From positions 1-25,483 of the forward strand of contig JBIOXB010000103.1 of assembly GCA_044869275.1 (NCBI GenBank): a DNA stretch of 25,483 nt, written 5' to 3'. Origin of the DNA: a bacterium. Its GTDB lineage: Bacteria; Zhuqueibacterota; Zhuqueibacteria; Zhuqueibacterales; Zhuqueibacteraceae. Positions 16,363-24,298 of this stretch are shown piece by piece. Within the stretch, counting starts at the first letter, position 1, and each line of letters begins with the position of its first letter. A model generated the notes under the pieces. It was not told where the DNA came from. It did no database searches and saw nothing but the letters and a program-made list of their open reading frames with translations. The position numbers and the translations under genes are program-made.

Positions 16363-16403
16363 AATTATCAACTTGATAATTGGGGGGTTATTGGATTGAT
16401 AAC
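16363..16403. promoter_or_regulatory. Tandem palindromic sites, candidate upstream activator sequences
   Basis: Perfect AATTATCAA-C-TTGATAATT (16363-16381) and degenerate GTTATTGGATTGATAAC (16387-16403), centres 23 bp apart. Confidence 0.55.
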
Positions 16404-16443
16404 GGAGACGATTGCGAGCCAATGCAAAGGTCTGAGCGCGAGC

Positions 16444-17901
16444 TCACTTGATCCCTAACTTCTTGCACATGCGATGATAATTCGGCGGAGCCAGGCCGAG
16501 CACGCGCGCGGCTTCGGCATCGGATTGAGTGTTCTCGCGCACGAAGCGGAAGTATTTTTCCTGCACTGATTTTTCAATGTCGCGCCAAGGCCTCATGCGG
16601 TTCGGGCTCCACAAACTCCCTGCCAATTGGGGATCGGAAAATGCAGGCTCGTGCTGCAGTCCCAATGCCGCTTGGACTTGCGCCGCCGTGATCGTTTCCG
16701 CACCGCTGAGCAGCAGGCGCTGAATCACGTTCTGCAATTCGCGCACGTTCCCCGGCCAGTCGTAATGCCGCAAAACGTGCAGAGCTTCCTCGCCAAACTG
16801 CGGGGACTCTAGATTCATTTCGCTGCCAAAAACTTTGATGAAGTGGCCAATCAAAGTGGGGATATCCTCGCGGCGTTGCGCCAGAGGGGGAACGGAAATG
16901 GAAACCACATTCAGGCGATAGAACAAATCCTCGCGAAAGCGCCGCTCGCTCACCTCTTTGTGCAAATCTTGATTGGTGGCGGCGATAATGCGCACGTCCA
17001 CTTTGATTTTGCCGGTGCGGCCGATTTTGTCGATCTCGCCTTCTTGCATCACGCGCAGCAGCTTCGACTGCGCCGACAGCGGCAATTCCGTGATCTCATC
17101 GAGAAAGACGGTGCCGCCCTCCGCGACTTCAAAAAGGCCTTTTTTGTTCGCGCTCGCGCCGGTGAAGGAGCCCTTTTCAAATCCGAACAATTCGCTTTCG
17201 ATCAAATGATCCGGCAGGCTGCCGCAATTGATCGGCACAAAGTTTCCGAATCTTCTTTTGCTGAGATAATGCATGTTCGTCGCCACCAGCTCTTTGCCCG
17301 TGCCGGAGGCGCCCAGGACCACAACGTTGGCGCTGGTGCCGGCATAACGCTGAATTTGCTCGCGCAGGTTTTGCATCGCCGGCGAGGCGCCGATGATGCT
17401 TTTGCGCTGGAGCATTTCCTGGATGTTCTCTTGCAGCTTTTTCGCCGAGAATTGCTGCTCTTGAATCAAGCTCTTTTTTTCGTACGCATTGAGGATGTTG
17501 AGCACAAAGTCCGTGGGCTGGTAGATGAATTCTTCGATATCGCCCGGATATTTCGTGCAGTACCACATCGCGCCGGATTCGAGCAGCTTGTTGGCGAATT
17601 GAAAATCGGTGATGTTCATGGTCATTTTGGTGATCACGATGATCTGCAGCGCCGGCGCGATTTCCTTGATTTTGCGAATGAGATTTTCGCCGATTAACCC
17701 GCCGGAGATTTGAAAATCCATGATCACCACGTCGATTTTGTGGCCGTCCTTCTCCAGGCGCTTGAGCGCTTCCCAGCCATCAGAAACGACCGCGAAAATA
17801 CGAATGCGATCTTCGAAAGGCCGCAGCGTGTTGCGCACGCGCCGGACATCGTAAGCCTCGTCTTCGATCAGTAAGATGTTGATGGGCTCGTTAGTTTTCA
17901 T
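16444..17901 (-). CDS. Sigma54-dependent response regulator (NtrC-like: REC + AAA+ + HTH)
   Basis: 485 aa. REC 'LLIEDE'/'VIMDF', Walker A 'GASGTGKE', 'ESELFGFEKGSFTGA', Walker B 'VFLDEI', 'FREDLFYRLNV', 'WPGNVRELQN', Fis-like HTH 'AEAARVLGL'. Confidence 0.95.
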   Translation of the reverse strand: MKTNEPINILLIEDEAYDVRRVRNTLRPFEDRIRIFAVVSDGWEALKRLEKDGHKIDVVIMDFQISGGLIGENLIRKIKEIAPALQIIVITKMTMNITDFQFANKLLESGAMWYCTKYPGDIEEFIYQPTDFVLNILNAYEKKSLIQEQQFSAKKLQENIQEMLQRKSIIGASPAMQNLREQIQRYAGTSANVVVLGASGTGKELVATNMHYLSKRRFGNFVPINCGSLPDHLIESELFGFEKGSFTGASANKKGLFEVAEGGTVFLDEITELPLSAQSKLLRVMQEGEIDKIGRTGKIKVDVRIIAATNQDLHKEVSERRFREDLFYRLNVVSISVPPLAQRREDIPTLIGHFIKVFGSEMNLESPQFGEEALHVLRHYDWPGNVRELQNVIQRLLLSGAETITAAQVQAALGLQHEPAFSDPQLAGSLWSPNRMRPWRDIEKSVQEKYFRFVRENTQSDAEAARVLGLAPPNYHRMCKKLGIK

Positions 17902-19381
17902 GGGGGATGGTCACAATAAACTGGCAACCCCCTGCGGGAAGGTTCTCCACGTCCAATTCCCACCCGCACCTTTGCTTGGAGATTTCATATGACAGATAAC
18001 AACCGTAGCCGGAGTTTTGTCCGTTTTCCTTGGTGGAAATGTTCTCCAGAAAAAGGCGCTTGACCCCCTCGGCATTGGCTTCCAATAACCCGGGCTGAAT
18101 GCCCCGGCCGTTGTCGGCGATGCGCACGCGGCTTTGTTTTCGCTCCGGTGCATAGCGCGTTTGCACGCTGATGGTGACGGCGCGCTCGCCGCTGTGTTCC
18201 ATGCTGTTGCGCAACAGCGGCTCGAAAATCTCCCACACCACGAATTCGTTGACCGGCACGCCGGGGAGGTGCTCGTCGAGATCGAGAGCGAATTTGAACT
18301 TGTCGGATTGCGTGGCCACGCGCAGGCAAATGTTGTCGATGATGAAACGCAGCACTTCGTTGAGATTGGTGGAAAAGACGGGATTGCGAATGGCATGAAT
18401 CGGCGGCTCGTACCATTTCATGTCGTAGATCACGCGCGACATGAAATTGGCGTACTTGGTCATGCGGTATTTGACGGCCTCGATATTTTCCGTCGAGATC
18501 GAGTGCAAATCTTCCTTGATGAAACCCATCACTTTTTCCGCCTTGTGATGGGTGTGATAAATGCGCTTGGCAAACTGCGCTTCCTTTTGATAGTGAATTC
18601 TTTCCTTGAGCTGATGCTCCCTTTCCTTGGAAAGCAGCTTTTGGGTTTCATCTCTTTCTCGCACCGTCTGCGAAGAAATATACAGCATGGCCACCAGGCC
18701 GAACAGAATCATGCCCGCGAAAACCAGGCTGGATTGGTTGTAACTGGCGATGATCTCCTTGGTAACGAAGCCGAAATCCGGCTTGTTTTTGATATACACC
18801 GCGCCGGCATATTCCCCTTTGGGCACGAACGGCGCGAAAACGTGAAAGGTTTGCTTGCCTTCCCGCACACTGTGAATTTGCTCGGTGGAAAGCAGGGCGC
18901 CGCGCAGGCGGGAATAAGCCTGCACCGCTTCGGCATGAGAGAGATCCGAGGGTGGAAGATTGGCGCGATTCTCAAAAAAATAATCGTACATCACCGCGCC
19001 GTTGTCGATGGCCATCACCCGGTCGCCGCTGGCAACCAGCACGCAGGCCTCTTCAATGTTCTCGATCAGCAATTGCTGGCTGAAAATAATATTGAACGCC
19101 TGCACGATTTTCTGGCGGCCTTCGGGGCTCTGTTGAGGCCCGGAGGAAGCCGTTTCCAATAACAGTTCCAGTGAGGTTGCGGCCAGGTTGGCAATTTGCT
19201 CGGCGGAGTCGCGCTGATACCAGTCCTGGGTTCTTTCCAAGAAATCCTGCAAAGAACCCTTTTGCACGAAAGATACCAGAATCTGCGAAGCGACCACGAT
19301 GATGAACAGCACGAGCACGTGCTTCAGTTCAAAGTGGTATTGGCGCAAATTTTCTGCGAGACGATGCATTGGCAGTTTCAT
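17891..19381 (-). CDS. Atypical membrane sensor histidine kinase
   Basis: 496 aa. Two TMs flank a periplasmic domain. Non-canonical H-box region 'RIYHTHHKAEKVM'; HATPase 'LLRNSMEH', 'DNGRG', 'ISTK', 'GYGCYLS'. 11-bp overlap with the downstream regulator. Confidence 0.88.
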   Translation of the reverse strand: MKLPMHRLAENLRQYHFELKHVLVLFIIVVASQILVSFVQKGSLQDFLERTQDWYQRDSAEQIANLAATSLELLLETASSGPQQSPEGRQKIVQAFNIIFSQQLLIENIEEACVLVASGDRVMAIDNGAVMYDYFFENRANLPPSDLSHAEAVQAYSRLRGALLSTEQIHSVREGKQTFHVFAPFVPKGEYAGAVYIKNKPDFGFVTKEIIASYNQSSLVFAGMILFGLVAMLYISSQTVRERDETQKLLSKEREHQLKERIHYQKEAQFAKRIYHTHHKAEKVMGFIKEDLHSISTENIEAVKYRMTKYANFMSRVIYDMKWYEPPIHAIRNPVFSTNLNEVLRFIIDNICLRVATQSDKFKFALDLDEHLPGVPVNEFVVWEIFEPLLRNSMEHSGERAVTISVQTRYAPERKQSRVRIADNGRGIQPGLLEANAEGVKRLFLENISTKENGQNSGYGCYLSYEISKQRCGWELDVENLPAGGCQFIVTIPHEN

Positions 19382-19411
19382 GGCTCAACCTCGAGCTTTT
19401 GACGGGATCGC

Positions 19412-19580
19412 TTAACACTGCAAAGTTAAGACGGCCACCCTCCGTCCTTGTCATTCCGGAGGAATCTTTTTGAGCACTTGGCACAGCGTCAAAATGGGCT
19501 CTCGTCCCAGTGCGCAAAAAGATCCCGAAACTTCGGGATGACATGACTGAGTTTTCGGGCGAATCTTTGAACTTAACGTT
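19412..19580. mobile_element. MITE-like element of the same family as 1100-1273, opposite orientation, right end eroded
   Basis: Left end ttaacactgcaaagttaag (19412-19430); core tgtcattccggaggaatc...agatcccgaaacttcgggatgaca (19449-19543); partial right end cttaacgtt (19572-19580). Confidence 0.6.
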
Positions 19581-19643
19581 CTAACTCGGATTTTCGGACG
19601 GGCCGAAAACCGAAGCCCTCGCGGGCAGCTTGAAACCAAACAA

Positions 19644-19713
19644 TTGTCCAACGGATTGAAAAACGACCAACGGAGGTTGAAATCAGTTGGTCGTTTTTCA
19701 ATCCGTTGGACAA
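19644..19713. repeat. Perfect 28-bp inverted repeat with 14-nt loop
   Basis: ttgtccaacggattgaaaaacgaccaac (19644-19671) / gttggtcgtttttcaatccgttggacaa (19686-19713). Confidence 0.9.
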
Positions 19714-19842
19714 AAAAACTTTTAGAATTTTTTTCTGACTTTTGCGGCCTTATGACCTTAACGCAACCGCTGCTTTCGATTCCGGACGCACCGGCCTCCG
19801 GCTTGCCGTGCTCGGGAAGGGGAAGCCTGCGCCACGCGATTT

Positions 19843-21174
19843 TTAATTGATGAAAACCTTTTCGGTGCCGATCATGTTCTGCGCGCTTTGGAGGGCTTGT
19901 GCCACGGTCATTTCCATTTTGATCGCCTTGTTGCAATAGAATGAGAGAATATCCGAAATCTTCGTGTATTCAACCAGAGCCGGTCGATGCACGCCTTGAT
20001 CCAGCAATTGCCGTAGATATTGCAGCTCGTGCTGTGAGGCGAAATAGGCTTGATCTTCGAATACCGCCTTGTTGGCGGGCAAATACCCCATTTCTTCGTA
20101 AAGGATTTGCTGCGCTTCTTTGCCGGCCGCGAATTTAAGAAACTTGAGCGCGGCGTCTTTTTTTTCGGAATTTTTCGAGAGCATTAAATTCCAGCCGCCG
20201 AAAACCGAAGTGGGACGGGCTCCCTGAAAATGCGGAAGCGCGGCCACCTTGATCTGCTCAACTTTGGCGCGATCGCTTTCCAGGTAAGCGCGCAAATTTC
20301 CCGGCCAGCCCCGGAAGAAGACGGCGTCATGATCCAGTGCATAACGATAGACCTCGATTTCATTGAATTCCGTCACGGCTTTCGGCGTCAAGCGCTGCTG
20401 GTTGACCATGTCAACCAGCAACTGCAACGCGCGCCGCGTCTGCCATGTATTCAATTGCAGAGAATCGTTTTGAACCAACGTCGCATTCTGGCTGTGGACG
20501 GCTTCGATAAAACAACAGACCAATCCTTCGTAGCTGTCGGCGGGAAATAAATAGAAAGGATGGCCGGCGAGCTCGCGGCGCCGGCTGAGCTGGAAAAAAT
20601 CCTCCCAGGTGATGGAGCGCTGCAACCGTTTCGCGAGGGCTTCATGGTCCGGCAGCTTTTTCAAAAGGTCGGAACGATAATACATCAAGCCGATATCGAT
20701 ATAGAACGGCACGCCGACGAGCACGCTGTCGAAATAACAGGACTGCAGCGCATAAGGCAAAAAGTCACCGCGCTCTTGCGGCGAAAAGTAATTTGAGAGC
20801 GGCTCAGCCCATTTCACGAAGCGCGGCACCCACACCAGATCCACGGCGAAGATGTCGATGCGCGTGGTCTTGCTGCGAAATGAGCGGGTGAGCAGTTGTT
20901 TCCTTTCATTCGTGCTGAATTTGGCGAACGGCAGATTGATGGCAACAACTTCGATTTGATTTTTGTAAAGTGTGTTGAAGCGCTCGATCAATTTGAGGTG
21001 GGCGAAGGAGATGTTGTCGGCAAAATAAATCTTGGTGATCTGGTCGGGTTCCATGCCGGCTTTGCCGCTGGGAGTGATGAAGAAAATAAACAAAGCCAGG
21101 CAGGTGATCACAAAGGATATGATCAACAAGTTTCGAACTGCAAAAAGCCGGGAGAGCATATGCCGTCCGTTCAA
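19843..21174 (-). CDS. Extracellular solute-binding protein family 1 (sugar ABC-type); start may be ATG 21159
   Basis: N-terminal hydrophobic anchor; 'IDIFAVDLVWVPRF', 'GVPFYIDIGLMYYRSDLL', 'YEGLVCCFIE', 'AVFFRGWP', 'SVFGGWNLMLSKNS' match trehalose/maltose-type binding proteins. Confidence 0.9.
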   Translation of the reverse strand: MNGRHMLSRLFAVRNLLIISFVITCLALFIFFITPSGKAGMEPDQITKIYFADNISFAHLKLIERFNTLYKNQIEVVAINLPFAKFSTNERKQLLTRSFRSKTTRIDIFAVDLVWVPRFVKWAEPLSNYFSPQERGDFLPYALQSCYFDSVLVGVPFYIDIGLMYYRSDLLKKLPDHEALAKRLQRSITWEDFFQLSRRRELAGHPFYLFPADSYEGLVCCFIEAVHSQNATLVQNDSLQLNTWQTRRALQLLVDMVNQQRLTPKAVTEFNEIEVYRYALDHDAVFFRGWPGNLRAYLESDRAKVEQIKVAALPHFQGARPTSVFGGWNLMLSKNSEKKDAALKFLKFAAGKEAQQILYEEMGYLPANKAVFEDQAYFASQHELQYLRQLLDQGVHRPALVEYTKISDILSFYCNKAIKMEMTVAQALQSAQNMIGTEKVFIN

Positions 21175-21254
21175 TTCGTTCAGATTTTGAGTTCAAGCTA
21201 CTCAACCCGGGCGAAAATGCAAAGAGGTTTTTGCGGCGGGTTTCGGCTCCCCTC

Positions 21255-21283
21255 AAAATAAGAAACGCCGGCGGTATGGTCAA
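21255..21283 (-). promoter_or_regulatory. Putative sigma70 promoter for the solute-binding protein gene
   Basis: Minus strand TTGACC, 17 bp, TATTTT. Overlapped by an imperfect palindrome at 21263-21301. Confidence 0.45.
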
Positions 21284-21349
21284 GTCATACCGGTGGCGTT
21301 TGGACTGGCAAGGCTCTGTTGTAAATATTTCACTTGTACCGGCTATACG

Positions 21350-21378
21350 TTGAGCTTGAGTTAGTCTAGGCTTACAAT
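21350..21378 (+). promoter_or_regulatory. Putative sigma70 promoter for the UpxY-led operon
   Basis: TTGAGC (21350-21355), 17 bp, TACAAT (21373-21378). Confidence 0.5.
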
Positions 21379-21724
21379 AATGTTCGAGGCAAAGGCGCAC
21401 ATAAGAATTTTTTCCCTAAAGTTCTCGCATCTGCCTCGGTTGTCTGTACTATTAAGACGTTTCACTGCAGACTAAACAGGCTCCGCGCGGCGGGGAACCT
21501 TGGGGTGCGCCAAAACAATGCTGATCTAGATGAGAATTGCCTGCGCTTACGATCGATTGGTTTTAAGCAGAATCTGAAAGACGATGATCCGCCGCCAAAA
21601 AAATGCACAGGGCGGCGAAAATTTTTCGCAGCCACAATTTGTAAAAGACAGGGTCTGAGCGGAGAGAGCAACGTGTGGCGTTGTTTTCCGCATCATCACA
21701 GAGCTCACTAGGAGGGCTGGCTTC

Positions 21725-22267
21725 GTGCTTGACAAATGTTGGTACGCGATCTACTGCAAAAGCCGTCACGAACGACAAGTCAATGAAAAACTGAAAGCCA
21801 AAGGAATAACTACCTTTTTAGCCGAATATCTCACGCCAGTACAATGGGGCTCGCGAATACGAAAAATCAACAAGAATCTTCTTCCCGGCTATCTCCTCGT
21901 TCATGCAAATATGGATCCAAACACTTACTTGATGACATTGCAAACCCCAAGCGTGGTAAAATTTGTGGGGAATCACTGGCCAAATCTTTCCTGGATACCC
22001 GAGGAGCAAGTGGAGAGTTTGCGCTTGTTGTTCGGATCTCGCGAAAACTTCGCCGAAGTACCTTATTGGAAGGCCGGAGACCGAGTGGAGGTCGTGGGGG
22101 GTCCACTGTTAGGCATGAAAGGCCACGTCGTTGCCGGCGAAAAGCGCAAACAACGGGTGATCGTGTCCATCGATTTGTTGCGCCGCAGCGTAGCCGTTGA
22201 AGTTGATGCGGCAAATTTAAGAGCCCTGCCGGCACCCATAACCGATATGGGCCAGGCAGTACTTTAG
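21725..22267 (+). CDS. UpxY/RfaH-like NusG paralog (operon-specific transcription antiterminator)
   Basis: 180 aa. GTG start after AGGAGG; NGN domain 'WYAIYCKSRHERQV...LLPGYLLV', 'IPEEQVESLR'; KOW 'GDRVEVVGGPLLGMKG'. Heads a polysaccharide-type operon. Confidence 0.92.
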   Translation: MLDKCWYAIYCKSRHERQVNEKLKAKGITTFLAEYLTPVQWGSRIRKINKNLLPGYLLVHANMDPNTYLMTLQTPSVVKFVGNHWPNLSWIPEEQVESLRLLFGSRENFAEVPYWKAGDRVEVVGGPLLGMKGHVVAGEKRKQRVIVSIDLLRRSVAVEVDAANLRALPAPITDMGQAVL

Positions 22268-22669
22268 CTTTGCATATCCCTAGATTCAAAACTGACGACC
22301 TCTGATTTTCTCGATTCGCGCCTCACTTCTGGAAGTCTGGCACAGTATCGAGTGGGGCGGGTGAGCAGAAGCTTTGCATGATTCAGGCGGAGCCACGCTT
22401 CTCGTTCGAAGAAGTGCTTCGAGGCCTTTGTGGTACCGCCGCGCGTTGTGCCGATTGCTGCAAGATGACGGCAGCGAGAAAATGGACGCTGGCGTTCAGG
22501 AGGCGGAGCTATGCCTGCACGGTTCCTCATGCCTTGTGAACCGTCACATGGGCCGTTCATACGACGATGATTCGTCTTCCTGTGCCCCTGCCTGCAAATC
22601 CGCGTGCAGCTCAGAAAAAAGCAGTGGGATGCCGGTATGGGGTCGATTGCTTCCCGAGGTCTCTTCCAT

Positions 22670-23413
22670 ATGGCGAAAATGGGTGTGCGCCTTCCGGACA
22701 TATTGGGCGCCTGTTTGGCTCTGGCTTTTGCGCTTCCGTTATTCTTAATCATTCCAATCCTGATTAAGCTGGATTCGGCTGGGCCGGTGTTTTATCGGCA
22801 AGTGCGGACCGGTCGCAATCGACGCCGGGGAGAACGGCGGGTACGCACTTTGCATGTGCAGCAGGAGCGCAGGCGTCATGACAGGCGCACGCAGCAGCTC
22901 TACGGCAAGGCATTTGTTATTTGCAAATTTCGCACGATGACCAAGGATGCGGAACGAAGAAGCGGTCCGGTTTGGGCCATGCAAAACGACCCACGCATCA
23001 CGAACTTGGGTCATTGGCTGCGCAAGACTCACCTTGATGAGCTTCCCCAATTGTGGAATGTGCTGCGCGGCGATATGAGCCTGATCGGTCCGCGTCCCGA
23101 GCGCCCGGAAATGATTCAGCAGATTGTTCGCGAAGTCCCCGATTACGGCAAGCGGCTGCTGGTAAAGCCCGGGCTCACCGGTTTGGCTCAGCTCTGTTGG
23201 GGAAATGACGGCTGTATGGAGGACGTGAAGCAGAAGCTTCAGTTCGACTTACTGTATATTTCCCGGCAGACGTGGCGCATGCGGCTGCGCATCTTGTTCT
23301 ATACCATGCTCAGGGCACTATCACCGGACGCGATCATCGATCTCGACATGATAGAACCCGGCGTGAGGGCAAACGTCATCGTACCAACCCTGGAGCAGGT
23401 GGTACATGAGTGA
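22670..23413 (+). CDS. Bacterial sugar transferase (Bac_transf; priming undecaprenyl-phosphate sugar-1-P transferase); start uncertain (22604/22637/22670)
   Basis: 'IKLDSAGPVFYRQVRTG', 'KFRTM', 'DPRIT', 'LRKTHLDELPQLWNVLRGDMSLIGPRPE', 'VKPGLTGLAQ'. Confidence 0.92.
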   Translation: MAKMGVRLPDILGACLALAFALPLFLIIPILIKLDSAGPVFYRQVRTGRNRRRGERRVRTLHVQQERRRHDRRTQQLYGKAFVICKFRTMTKDAERRSGPVWAMQNDPRITNLGHWLRKTHLDELPQLWNVLRGDMSLIGPRPERPEMIQQIVREVPDYGKRLLVKPGLTGLAQLCWGNDGCMEDVKQKLQFDLLYISRQTWRMRLRILFYTMLRALSPDAIIDLDMIEPGVRANVIVPTLEQVVHE

Positions 23414-24231
23414 GGGCTGTATCCGCGGCAAGCTTCGAATTTCTTGAATCGATACCCTTGAACTCTCCTCGCAAAATTTCTGCTCCAATCGTCGCCGTGC
23501 TGGCAGCACTGATTTGCCTGAGCAACTGGCGTGAGCTACGCTCCCAAACGGAGGGCCAAAGCCCAGCGAGTGCAGTGAAGATCATCTCCAAGCCTTCTGG
23601 CGCCACGGTAGATTTGAAAGGAGAACACGAATTCAAGGGAAGCACACCATTCATTTTGCCCTATCAATTGTCCGGCAAGTATCGCATCGAAGCCAAGCGT
23701 GCCGGATATGAAACCGCTTCCTGGGAATACACGTTCGCCGGAAAAAGGCCGGGTATCCTGAACCTGAAGCTGAACGCGAAAAAGCCGTCACGGGCATTCT
23801 ATCGTTCCCTGCTCATTCCGGGATGGGGACAGCATTATGCCGGAAGAAAGTTTTGGGGGACCTTATTTGCCGGTCTCACTGCGGCAGGCACGGTGGCATA
23901 TGGTATCAACGAGCTCGAGTACAGAGATGCCCAAGACCGCCATCGCGTTGCCGTGAAGCAGTTCAATGCTGCGCTTGCCTCGGGGACCTATGATGGCCAG
24001 CGCGCGGCCTTGAGGCAATTGAACCAAGCGCTGCAAACGCTCAATTCGTCTGAAGCATCAAGAAACCGGACCTTTTTTGTCCTGGGCACAATCTGGGCTT
24101 TCAATGCCCTGGAGAGCTTTATTTTTTTTCCAAAGGAAGTACGGCAGGCTCGTGTGGAAGGAAGCCTCGATCTGAGCCAGCGCGAACAACCGGCTGAGCT
24201 CAAGTTAACCATGAAACTTGCAATTGATTAA
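23410..24231 (+). CDS. PEGA-domain protein with a DUF5683-like C-terminal membrane region
   Basis: PEGA-like 'IISKPSGATV...GSTP...GKYRIEAKRAGYE'; 'RSLLIPGWGQHY' motif followed by TM segments; GTGA overlap with the upstream stop. Confidence 0.8.
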   Translation: MRAVSAASFEFLESIPLNSPRKISAPIVAVLAALICLSNWRELRSQTEGQSPASAVKIISKPSGATVDLKGEHEFKGSTPFILPYQLSGKYRIEAKRAGYETASWEYTFAGKRPGILNLKLNAKKPSRAFYRSLLIPGWGQHYAGRKFWGTLFAGLTAAGTVAYGINELEYRDAQDRHRVAVKQFNAALASGTYDGQRAALRQLNQALQTLNSSEASRNRTFFVLGTIWAFNALESFIFFPKEVRQARVEGSLDLSQREQPAELKLTMKLAID

Positions 24232-24298
24232 TTTCTGGCTTTCGTTCATGAAACTCTGGCATTTCTATGCGGCTTGGCTGTTGCAAATTCGACCTCCA

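Noticed and set aside
16843..19162. Long antisense ORFs (16843-17697, 18134-19162) and similar shadows opposite other genes
   Set aside because: They are in-register antisense shadows of well-supported genes, expected from codon bias in GC-rich DNA, and carry no motifs.
19451..19936. 161-aa ORF across the binding protein-kinase spacer
   Set aside because: It is made of MITE and palindrome sequence and overlaps the binding-protein gene out of frame.
21270..21278. ops-like GGCGGTATG
   Set aside because: It mismatches GGCGGTAG and lies upstream of the predicted plus-strand promoter, so it would not be transcribed with the UpxY operon.
22374..22748. 124-aa ORF or possible frameshifted N-terminus of the sugar transferase at the A-run near 22615
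   Set aside because: The peptide has no recognisable features and the transferase domain is complete from in-frame starts; this cannot be supported without homolog alignment.
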